From positions 6,838 to 70,837 of the forward strand of contig JANLTJ010000232.1 of the NCBI GenBank assembly GCA_031362885.1: 64,000 nt of DNA, written 5' to 3'. The translations under genes and the position numbers were made by a program. This DNA comes from Betaproteobacteria bacterium. Its GTDB lineage: Bacteria; Pseudomonadota; Gammaproteobacteria; Burkholderiales; JACQAP01. Below, in pieces: positions 1-7,687 of the stretch (within the stretch, counting starts at the first letter, position 1; each line of letters starts with the position of its first letter). Below the pieces are notes generated by a model. That model worked only from the letters and a program-made list of their open reading frames with translations. It was not told where the DNA came from and did no database searches.

Positions 1-65
1 ATCTTCATCACGTAGTACGCCGTGATCTGCGGGATGGGTTGCTTCGGATCGGTATCCGCGAGGCA
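1..65 (-). pseudogene. Internal fragment of a class II aldolase-family gene (OtnC/YgbL-like), 5'-truncated at the element boundary; continues beyond the window edge
   Basis: Minus strand reads CLADTDPKQPIPQITAYYVMK, resembling the SCL..D....IP.IT.YYVM[KR] segment of 3-oxo-tetronate-4-phosphate decarboxylase-type aldolases. Upstream, the frame enters the AT-rich repeat and hits TAA with no start codon. Confidence 0.5.
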
Positions 66-66
66 G

Positions 67-96
67 AAAATAATAGAAAATAATTAAAAATAATAG
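67..96. repeat. Three tandem 10-bp AT-rich units at the left element end
   Basis: AAAATAATAG (67-76), AAAATAATTA (77-86), AAAATAATAG (87-96); the third unit overlaps the left inverted repeat. Confidence 0.9.
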
Positions 97-907
97 GGGA
101 CAGACCACGATTAATTTATGCTACGATGCGCGCATGATCGATAAACCGCCTCTGCCGCCATGCCCCGCCGTGCGCGCCTGAGCGTTGCCGGCATCCCGTG
201 GCACATCATCCAGCGCGGCAACAACCGCGCAGTGTGCTTCCACTCCGAGGAAGACTACCGGCGTTATCTGGATATCCTCACCGAGCAGTCGCACCACTTC
301 GGCTGCGCCATCCATGCCTACGTGCTGATGACCAACCACGTGCATCTGCTGCTCACGCCGGAGAAGGCCGACAGCGCGGGCCTCATGATGAAGCATCTGG
401 GTCAGCGCTACGTGCAATACATCAACCGTGCTTACGGCCGCACGGGCACCCTGTGGGAGGGACGCTTCCGCTCCTGCCTCACCCAGAGCGAAGACTACGT
501 GCTGGCCTGCTACCGGTATATCGAACTCAATCCCGTGCGCGCCGCCATGGTGCGCCACCCCCGCGACTACCGCTGGACCAGTTTTCAGGCCAACGGGGAT
601 GGCCGCAAAGACGCCCTGATCTCCCCGCACGACCAATACCTGCGGCTAGGCAGAACCGCAGCAGGTCGGCTGGAGGCATATCGGGCGCTGTTCAAGGCGC
701 ACCTTGACCCGGAGCTGGTCGGGCAGATACGCTCAGCGACGAATGGAAACTACGTGCTGGGAGGGAAACGCTTTGAGGAGCAGATTGCACGGATGCTCAA
801 GCAGCGCGTCGTGCGCGGCAAGGCGGGACGACCAGCAACGAAAGAGGTCGGCGATGAGGAGCAGGAACGGCTGCTCTGATAGGGGAAATCGTGGTCTGTC
901 CCCTATT
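92..907 (+). mobile_element. Y1 tyrosine-transposase element bounded by perfect 21-bp inverted repeats
   Basis: AATAGGGGACAGACCACGATT (92-112) and its exact reverse complement AATCGTGGTCTGTCCCCTATT (887-907) enclose a single HUH transposase ORF. Confidence 0.85.
160..879 (+). CDS. REP-associated-type tyrosine transposase (Y1_Tnp, HUH nuclease, RAYT-like)
   Basis: MPRRAR start, HIIQRGNNR, HUH motif MTNHVHLL, LWEGRF, catalytic Tyr in YIELNPVRA. Confidence 0.93.
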   Translation: MPRRARLSVAGIPWHIIQRGNNRAVCFHSEEDYRRYLDILTEQSHHFGCAIHAYVLMTNHVHLLLTPEKADSAGLMMKHLGQRYVQYINRAYGRTGTLWEGRFRSCLTQSEDYVLACYRYIELNPVRAAMVRHPRDYRWTSFQANGDGRKDALISPHDQYLRLGRTAAGRLEAYRALFKAHLDPELVGQIRSATNGNYVLGGKRFEEQIARMLKQRVVRGKAGRPATKEVGDEEQERLL

Positions 908-1020
908 TACTACGAGCCATCGGCAGACGCAAACTCGAAAGCATGCGTTATGCGTTTGACCCCGTTTCCGTTTGTCCCGCGTTTACAGACGGGCAGACTC
1001 CCAACGAGAAAGGAAATATC

Positions 1021-2535
1021 ATGTATTTACGCAGTTGGCACGCCGCGATTGTTTTTCTGGCCGGTATGGTTTCATGTGCGGCCATCGCCGCCGACGAAGG
1101 AATCCACGCCATTACCATCTACAGCACGGCCGTGCCCGGCGCAATCCCGCCCGAGCAGTACCGAAATGGCGGTGGAGGTGCCGGCGTTCCCGGCTATGCC
1201 ACGGTGCGCCATGAACGAGATATGGCACTCAACGCCGGCCGAAACACCGTGCGCTTTACCGATGTGGCTGGCTTGATCGATCCGACCACGGTATCGTTTT
1301 CCTCGCTGACCGATCCCGCCGGTACGCGTGTGCTGGAACAGAATTTCCAGTTCGATCTGGTCAGTCCGGAAAAACTGCTGGCCAGATTCATCGACCGCGA
1401 CATTGTGGTCGAGCGCCTGGTTGGCAATCAGGTCGAGACCCTGGAAGGCAAGCTGCTCTCCAGCCAGGGCGGCATGGTCATCCAGGAGGCGGACGGCTCG
1501 GTGCGCACCCTGGCCTACAACGCGGGCGTAAAGCTGCCCTCGCTTCCTGGCGGGCTGATTACCCGGCCGACTCTGGTGTGGGAGGTGATTGCCGGCAAGC
1601 CCGGAAAGCACAAGACCCGTGTCGCTTATCAAACCACCGGCATCACCTGGTGGGCGGATTACAACCTGACTTTTTCCGAAGGCGCGAACGCGAACGCCTG
1701 CAAACTCGAGGTCGGCGCCTGGGTCAGCATTCTCAACCAATCCGGCGGCAGTTATCCAGACGCGAAAATCAAGCTGGTGGCCGGCGATGTGTATCGCGCG
1801 GCGCCAGCCGGCGTCGCGGCACCGATGATGGCCAGGCGCGCGCTGGCCGATTCAGTTCAGGAAAGCGCCGGGTTCGAGGAAAAGGCGTTCTTCGAGTATC
1901 ACCTCTATACCCTGGGCCGCCCCAGTTCACTGCCGGACAATTCCACCAAGCAGATCGAATTGTTTCCCAAGGTGACCGGTGTGCCCTGCGAAAAAACACT
2001 GGTGTATTACGGTCAGGCCGGCCAGTGGCATGGCGGCGGACTCATGACCGAGCGCGACTACGGCAACAGCGGCAACAAGAAAGTAGATACCTATCTGACC
2101 TTCAAGAATAGGACCGATGTCGGCATGGGCGTGCCGCTGCCCGCGGGCCGGGTGCGCGTGGCCAAGCTCGACACCGCTGACGGCAGCCTGGAATTCATCG
2201 GCGAGGACCGCATCGATCACACGCCGAAAAACGAAACTGTGCTGTTGAAACTCGGCAGCGCCTTCGATGTGGTCGGCGAGCGCCGCCAGGTCGATTTCAA
2301 GATCGACACCGCGCGCAAGACCATGACCGAAGACATCGAAGTCAAGATCCGTAACCGCAAGGACGAGCCGGTGCGTGTGATCGTGAAGGAGAATCTCTAC
2401 CGCTGGACCAATTGGAAAATCACGCAAACCAGTGTGCCGTTCGAAAAACAGGATGCGCAGAACATCCATTTTACGGTAAACGTCGCCGCCGATGACGAAG
2501 CGGTGGTGCGCTATACGGTCAGGTACTCCTGGTAA
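1021..2535 (+). CDS. Secreted DUF4139-family protein
   Basis: AGGA RBS before ATG 1021; signal peptide; VLEQNFQFDL, FEYHLYTL, PLPAGRVRV and FIGEDRIDHTPKNE motifs. Confidence 0.8.
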   Translation: MYLRSWHAAIVFLAGMVSCAAIAADEGIHAITIYSTAVPGAIPPEQYRNGGGGAGVPGYATVRHERDMALNAGRNTVRFTDVAGLIDPTTVSFSSLTDPAGTRVLEQNFQFDLVSPEKLLARFIDRDIVVERLVGNQVETLEGKLLSSQGGMVIQEADGSVRTLAYNAGVKLPSLPGGLITRPTLVWEVIAGKPGKHKTRVAYQTTGITWWADYNLTFSEGANANACKLEVGAWVSILNQSGGSYPDAKIKLVAGDVYRAAPAGVAAPMMARRALADSVQESAGFEEKAFFEYHLYTLGRPSSLPDNSTKQIELFPKVTGVPCEKTLVYYGQAGQWHGGGLMTERDYGNSGNKKVDTYLTFKNRTDVGMGVPLPAGRVRVAKLDTADGSLEFIGEDRIDHTPKNETVLLKLGSAFDVVGERRQVDFKIDTARKTMTEDIEVKIRNRKDEPVRVIVKENLYRWTNWKITQTSVPFEKQDAQNIHFTVNVAADDEAVVRYTVRYSW

Positions 2536-2563
2536 TGCGAGGGGGTGCATTCCTTGCGGCGGG

Positions 2564-3682
2564 TTATCGTGCCGTTATGCCCGAATCCTTGACTACCTTG
2601 GCCCATTTGTTTTGTTGAGCACTGAGGAACCCGGCGAAATCCTGTGACGTACCGCCCAACAATTGCACGCCTTGCGCGTCGAAACGCGAAACCACTTCGG
2701 GCAACTTGAGAATGTGGTTGATCTCGGCGTTGAGCGTGGTAATCACGGTTTGCGGTGTTCCGGCCGGAGCGAGGACGCCGAACCATACCGTGACTTCAAA
2801 TCCCGGCACGCCGGATTCCGCGATGGTGGGGATTTCGGCGATGGCGGGATGCCGGCGCTCGCCGGTAAGACCGAGCGCGCGCAATTTCCCGGCACGCACA
2901 TGGGGCAATGCGTTGGGTGCGTTATCGCACAGCAGATCGACTTGCCCGCCGATCAGATCGGTGATCGCCGGTGCGCTGCCCTTATACGGGATATGCACCA
3001 GATCCACGCCCGCCATGCGCCCGAACAATTCCATGCATAAATGAGTTGAGGAGCCGTTGCCGGCGGAGGCGTAATTCAATGTGCCGGGCCTGGCCTTGGC
3101 GGCGGTGATGAGATCCTTGACTGATTTGAAGGGCCGCGCGGGATGGGTCACCAGAATGTTCGAGGCGCTGGCGGCGAGGATGATCGGCGTGAATGCCGTG
3201 TCCGTATCGTAGGGCAGGGTGGCATACAGAGCGGGATTGACCGAATAGGCGAACGAGGCTATCAGCAGCGTGTAGCCATCGGCGGGTGCGCGCGCCACCA
3301 TGTCGGTGGCGATGGTGGTGCCGCCGCCGGGGCGGTTGTCCACCAGCACCGGCTGCTTCCATTTTTCCGATAATTTTTGAGCGAGCGTGCGTGCCAACTG
3401 GTCGTTGAACGCGCCGGGCGGGTAGGGCACGACCATGCGAATGGACTTGCCGGGGTAGGTTTGCGCGAACAGCAAACTCTGCTTACCACAGAGGACACTG
3501 AAAACACAGAGGCAAAACAACAAGCGCAGTGTTTGGCTGATGCCAGTCCCGTATCGGATGTGCCATCGGTGATTCGCAATTCCTGCCAAGGCGAATTTGA
3601 CCCTCAATTTCTGATGAATGGATTGCAAGAAGGTTTTCCTCTGTGCTTTCTGTGGTTCAACCGTTTCTGGTTTTCCGTGCAT
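2564..3682 (-). CDS. Bug/TctC tripartite tricarboxylate transporter substrate-binding protein (true start uncertain)
   Basis: AQTYPGKSIRMVVPYPPG, VDNRPGGG, YASAGNGS, HIPYKGSAPAITDLIGGQVD. Confidence 0.9.
   Translation of the reverse strand: MHGKPETVEPQKAQRKTFLQSIHQKLRVKFALAGIANHRWHIRYGTGISQTLRLLFCLCVFSVLCGKQSLLFAQTYPGKSIRMVVPYPPGAFNDQLARTLAQKLSEKWKQPVLVDNRPGGGTTIATDMVARAPADGYTLLIASFAYSVNPALYATLPYDTDTAFTPIILAASASNILVTHPARPFKSVKDLITAAKARPGTLNYASAGNGSSTHLCMELFGRMAGVDLVHIPYKGSAPAITDLIGGQVDLLCDNAPNALPHVRAGKLRALGLTGERRHPAIAEIPTIAESGVPGFEVTVWFGVLAPAGTPQTVITTLNAEINHILKLPEVVSRFDAQGVQLLGGTSQDFAGFLSAQQNKWAKVVKDSGITAR
3485..3656. repeat. Inverted pair of 9-bp CACAGAG-type tandem repeats
   Basis: ACCACAGAG-GACACTGAA-AACACAGAG (3485-3511) and CTCTGTGCT-TTCTGTGGT (3639-3656), whose reverse complement is ACCACAGAA-AGCACAGAG. 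Confidence 0.75.
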
Positions 3683-4427
3683 CGAGAAATCTCTTCATCG
3701 CCGCCTGTGGTTCTCCGCTCGCGTAGGCTTCTTTTTGCGCGATCTTGGCTGCTGCCAGCGCGCCGTCGAATCCCGAGCGGGTGAGTTCGCGAAAACGCTG
3801 TTTGGTCAGGCGCACGGCAGTCGCGCCCAGCCTGGCAAGCTCAGCGCCCAGCGCGAGCGCCTTTTCCGATACCTCGGCACGCGGAACAAGGTGATTTAGC
3901 AGGCCGATATCAAAAGCACGCTGGCCGGAGATGAGTTCGCCGGTGAGCGAAAGGGACACGTTCTGCGACAGGCCCAGGTGCAGGGTCATCAGGTACGAAC
4001 CGACGATGCTGGCAAGGCCGGCCTTGATTTCCGGTTGGCCGATTTTCATTTCCGGAAAGCCCACGCGCAGGTCGGCGCACAGGCCGATCTGGAATCCGGC
4101 ACCCGCCGCCACGCCGTTGAACGCGACGACGCAAGGCTTGTCGAGATTGCGCACGGCGGCGTACATCGCGTGCTGGCGGGTGAGCCAAGTGTCGATGTCG
4201 GCAACGTCGTAGCGCGAAGTTTCCTCCAGATCCTGGCCGGAACAAAATGCGCGTTCTCCTGCGCCGGTAATCACTACGGCGCGCGTCGCGGCCTCGGCAT
4301 TGAGCTCGCCCAGCAGGGTAATCAGCGTTTCACGGGTTTCGACATTGATGGCATTGAGCACCTCGGGCCGATTAAGAGTGACGATCGAAATGTTGTCTCG
4401 GCGTTCGAGTCTGACGCTGGATGCCAT
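3657..4427 (-). CDS. Enoyl-CoA hydratase/isomerase (crotonase) family protein
   Basis: TLNRPEVLNA, RAFCSGQDL, KPCVVAFNGVAAGAG, QPE motif. Confidence 0.9.
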   Translation of the reverse strand: MASSVRLERRDNISIVTLNRPEVLNAINVETRETLITLLGELNAEAATRAVVITGAGERAFCSGQDLEETSRYDVADIDTWLTRQHAMYAAVRNLDKPCVVAFNGVAAGAGFQIGLCADLRVGFPEMKIGQPEIKAGLASIVGSYLMTLHLGLSQNVSLSLTGELISGQRAFDIGLLNHLVPRAEVSEKALALGAELARLGATAVRLTKQRFRELTRSGFDGALAAAKIAQKEAYASGEPQAAMKRFLDARKTRNG

Positions 4428-4448
4428 CGCTGATCCTCTGTCGTTCTA

Positions 4449-5597
4449 TTACACGTAAGCCGGCCCTTCGATAACCGGGTGGGCGGCGAGAAAAGTTTCG
4501 TCCAGTTCCACGCCCAGCCCTGGCCCTTCCAGCGGCTTGACGTTCCCCTCGCGGTCAAGTTGGCAAGGTGCCGAGACCAGTTGGTCGCGGAACAAATTGT
4601 CCTTCGACACATCGGCCTCGAAGTAACCGCCGTTTTCGATGGCCGCCAGCAGGTGAATGGTGGCGGCCATGTTCAACCCGGTCATCGAGGTATGCGGGTG
4701 AATCGGCAGTTTCCAGCTCGAAGCGAGCGCGGCAATGCGCAGTACTTCCGTGATGCCGCCGCTCTTGGATAAATCCGGTTGCAATATCGTAATCGCGCCA
4801 TCCTCAATCACACGGTTGAACTCAAAGCGCGTGTAGTGGTTTTCTCCGGCCGCGAGCGGCGTGCGTCCCAGCCGCGCCGCCTCCCGGTAGGACATATAGT
4901 CGTGCGCCGGAAAAGGTTCTTCCAGCCAGCCCGCGTTGAGGTCGTCGAGCGCAGGCATGACCGCGCGCACATCGGCGACGTCATAGCCGGTGTTGGCGTC
5001 AGTCAGAATGATCAGATCTTCGCCGAAGGCTTCGCGCACGGCGGTGATGCGCTCGATATCGCGCTTGACGCTGTCGCCGATGCGAAGCTTGATGGCCCGA
5101 TAGCCGGCCTCGACGTGCGGCCTGGCTTCTTCGACCAGCGCGCGCGGCTCCTGATAACCCAGCGAAACGCCGCCGGCATATGCGGCGATCGGTTTCGAAC
5201 ATTCACCCATCAGTTTGTACAGCGGCAGGCCGAATGCTTTGCCGCGGATGTCCCACAATGCCATATCGATGCCGGAGAGCGCGAGGCAGGCACCGGCGCC
5301 CATGCCGTGGCTGGCCAGTTGCTTGTCGTACACCTTCTTCCATACGCCGGTGACGTCATTCGCATCCTGGCCAACGATGAGCAGCTTCATCGTGGTATTA
5401 ACCAGATGCGCGACCGCGCCCGGGCAACGACCGTGGTGCGCCTCGCCCCATCCGGTGATGCCGCCTTCGGTCGTGACTTTGACGATGACCGCGTCGCGCT
5501 TTACGGCGCGGCCAATGCCCAGCGTGACGCTGTTTTTCGGATCAACCGGAAAAGAAGTCGGGTAGGCCCGTACGTCGGCAATGCGCAGAGTCGTCAT
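4449..5597 (-). CDS. Mandelate racemase/muconate lactonizing enzyme family (enolase superfamily) protein
   Basis: GWGEA, SGIDMALWDIRGK, metal ligands in TDAN / EEP / GEN, QPD, HPH. Confidence 0.92.
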   Translation of the reverse strand: MTTLRIADVRAYPTSFPVDPKNSVTLGIGRAVKRDAVIVKVTTEGGITGWGEAHHGRCPGAVAHLVNTTMKLLIVGQDANDVTGVWKKVYDKQLASHGMGAGACLALSGIDMALWDIRGKAFGLPLYKLMGECSKPIAAYAGGVSLGYQEPRALVEEARPHVEAGYRAIKLRIGDSVKRDIERITAVREAFGEDLIILTDANTGYDVADVRAVMPALDDLNAGWLEEPFPAHDYMSYREAARLGRTPLAAGENHYTRFEFNRVIEDGAITILQPDLSKSGGITEVLRIAALASSWKLPIHPHTSMTGLNMAATIHLLAAIENGGYFEADVSKDNLFRDQLVSAPCQLDREGNVKPLEGPGLGVELDETFLAAHPVIEGPAYV

Positions 5598-6139
5598 TGG
5601 TCGTGTCCTTCGCTGGGCAGGTCCATGTCTTGAAGAAGATCGATTGCGACCACGCGATAGGCAGGCCGATAGGCATCGCGGAAGGTCGCCGAATGGTGAA
5701 TCGCGGGGTAGCCGTTGCGGGCAATGTTATCGAAAAAAGTCAGAACATTCGTACGCTCGAAGGGTATGCCTCCAGCCGCAGCGAGGTCGCCCAGGCAACC
5801 ACAGAATTTTGCCAGTTTGTCAGGTGACGCCGGATAGGCATGGGCTGTTTCCACGAACGCGCGATGCAAGGCATCCAGGTTGCCGGCAGCCGCTTTATAG
5901 GCGCGCAGGTGAACGCGGGCGAGCCGGCCATCCGGAGAAATGAGATCCTGAATCGGTTCGCCGGGCGTCGCGTCGAGGCTCGCCCATTCCTCATCCAGGC
6001 GCCTGCGCGCCGCGCCGGCATTGTCCACCGCATGCCCCGGACCCAGAGCCGCCTGGTGCAGCAGCTTGTAAATATCATCGAGCTGCATCGCGGGATAGCG
6101 GGCGAGATGGGAAGACAGCAACTGGCTGACGAATTTCAT
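5594..6139 (-). CDS. Hypothetical protein coupled to the enolase-superfamily gene
   Basis: 181-aa ORF with ATGA stop/start overlap; motif-like segments YPAMQLDDIYKLLHQAALGPGH and HHSATFRDAYRPAYRVV. Confidence 0.75.
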   Translation of the reverse strand: MKFVSQLLSSHLARYPAMQLDDIYKLLHQAALGPGHAVDNAGAARRRLDEEWASLDATPGEPIQDLISPDGRLARVHLRAYKAAAGNLDALHRAFVETAHAYPASPDKLAKFCGCLGDLAAAGGIPFERTNVLTFFDNIARNGYPAIHHSATFRDAYRPAYRVVAIDLLQDMDLPSEGHDQ

Positions 6140-6250
6140 GAGTGCTCCGATTCAGGTGAGTATCTTAATGCACGCAAGCACTTCCCTGTACGCCATGTAT
6201 GTGGAAGCCAGGAGTGAAGTGCGGACCTGAAAAACGTTATGCGCAAACAA

Positions 6251-6284
6251 AACGGCCCGCGCGGTTGACGCCGCGCGGGCCGTT
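6251..6284 (-). terminator. Rho-independent terminator of the beta-barrel gene
   Basis: 14-bp perfect stem AACGGCCCGCGCGG/CCGCGCGGGCCGTT with a 6-nt loop; T-rich tail on the minus strand. Confidence 0.8.
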
Positions 6285-6316
6285 GCAGTTTTCGGAGTCC
6301 GAAAACAGTAAGGTCT

Positions 6317-6790
6317 TTAGAACGGCAAGGTGTAGCCGACGGTGATGTAGTCGGTGCGTGGGTTGATCTGTGTGTACTCAACATCGAGAATTCCGGTGCC
6401 CATGCGAATTCCGAGGCCGATCCCGGCGCTGAGGTTCATGTCGTCGTCGAAGTCATCGTCCCAATAGGACACGCCGAGTTTGGACTTGATATGCATGCCA
6501 CCGGTGCTGCGATACACCGCGTAACCGGCCACCGAAGTGATGCTCCAGTCGCGGTTGTTGCCCACTTCTCCGTCAATGACTCCAAGCATCAACTCCGCTT
6601 CCCAGGAGAGATTGCCCTCGATCGGTTTTCCCAGAACGGCTCCAATACCGAATCCCGGCTCATTGTCGGAGCCATGCGGTTTGGTAAAACCGCCCTTGCC
6701 TCCGAACATCAGACCCTGGGTGCCTTGCGCGACTGCCTGAGTGGATATCAGCGCAATCGCCATCGCAAAAAAAACAGTGAACTTCCTCAT
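6317..6790 (-). CDS. Small outer-membrane beta-barrel protein
   Basis: AGGAG RBS, signal peptide MRKFTVFFAMAIALISTQAVA, alternating beta strands, C-terminal YTLPF BAM signal. Confidence 0.8.
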   Translation of the reverse strand: MRKFTVFFAMAIALISTQAVAQGTQGLMFGGKGGFTKPHGSDNEPGFGIGAVLGKPIEGNLSWEAELMLGVIDGEVGNNRDWSITSVAGYAVYRSTGGMHIKSKLGVSYWDDDFDDDMNLSAGIGLGIRMGTGILDVEYTQINPRTDYITVGYTLPF

Positions 6791-6845
6791 TTGATCTCCT
6801 TGTCGCGTAATGGAACACAAAGCGCGCACCAAGCCCGCTGCTGAT

Positions 6846-6873
6846 CTGGACTGTCCGGTCAAGCGGAAGTTCC
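6846..6873 (-). promoter_or_regulatory. Putative sigmaE (RpoE/AlgU-type) promoter of the beta-barrel gene
   Basis: Minus strand GGAACTT-N16-TCCAG; the -35 matches GAACTT and the -10 is imperfect. Confidence 0.55.
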
Positions 6874-7037
6874 AGCGTGGCTGCAGAATTCCCTCTGTGG
6901 GAACATTGCCGGTGGGCGCCGGTCACCATTGTGTCATCCGGTTTGAAACCTGAATACTGTCTCCATACGGTGACAGATGCGGGCATCGCTCCTCAACAGG
7001 CCGCAGCTCACTGGCTCTGCCGGAGCAAACAAGATAC

Positions 7038-7649
7038 TCAGTTGTCGTACTTTACCGAGCAACCGTAAGGCAGCGCACTGGGCGTGCTGACCGGTTTTCC
7101 GCTGAGCGCATCATCGAGGGCCGCAGCAACCAGATTTCTTGCGGTTGGGATGTCGCGCTGGCTGATCGAGGGCTTGTCGTCGATCCCGCCGACGTAGGCG
7201 AGCGTGCCTTTCGGATCGATCACGTACATGTGCGGTGTGGTGCGCGCGCCATATTGCATGCCGACCTTGCCGTCGGGATCGAGCACGAAAGCGGTCGGCG
7301 CCGACTTCCATTGCATGAGTATCGCCTGCGAACGCGCGGCGTCCCGGTAGTTGCTGTGATTGGGACTGGTTGAATTGATTCCCAGCCATACCACTCCTTT
7401 TTGCGTATAGCGGGCTTGCAACGCCTGCATGTTGCCGCTCTCGTAGTGCTTCTGCACGAATGGGCACTCGGAGTTGAACCATTCCAGCACCACATACTTT
7501 CCGCGATAGTCCGAGAGTTTTTGCGCCTTGCCGCTGATGTCCACCAGCGAAAACTCCGGTGCCGGCTGACCGGGCGCCACGCCCGCCTGCGCCACGCCAG
7601 ATAATACAAACACCGAACCTGCCAAAAAAATCGCGAATATCTTGTTCAT
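7038..7649 (-). CDS. Exported redoxin (AhpC/TSA, thioredoxin fold)
   Basis: GGAGG RBS, signal peptide, VVLEWFNSECPFV, YGARTTPHMYVID, YGCSVKY. Confidence 0.88.
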   Translation of the reverse strand: MNKIFAIFLAGSVFVLSGVAQAGVAPGQPAPEFSLVDISGKAQKLSDYRGKYVVLEWFNSECPFVQKHYESGNMQALQARYTQKGVVWLGINSTSPNHSNYRDAARSQAILMQWKSAPTAFVLDPDGKVGMQYGARTTPHMYVIDPKGTLAYVGGIDDKPSISQRDIPTARNLVAAALDDALSGKPVSTPSALPYGCSVKYDN

Positions 7650-7687
7650 GTTTCCTCCAGCCTTGATTGAGAAAGTGTCAGTAAGCA

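Noticed and set aside
121..636. 171-aa antisense ORF over the transposase, and many other long antisense ORFs (e.g. 30469-31752, 45209-46405, 53872-55176)
   Set aside because: Shadow ORFs expected from GC-rich codon bias opposite well-supported genes; no recognisable motifs.
943..1020. Longer N-terminus for the DUF4139 ORF
   Set aside because: The RBS and signal peptide support ATG 1021; the extension runs through repeat-like DNA.
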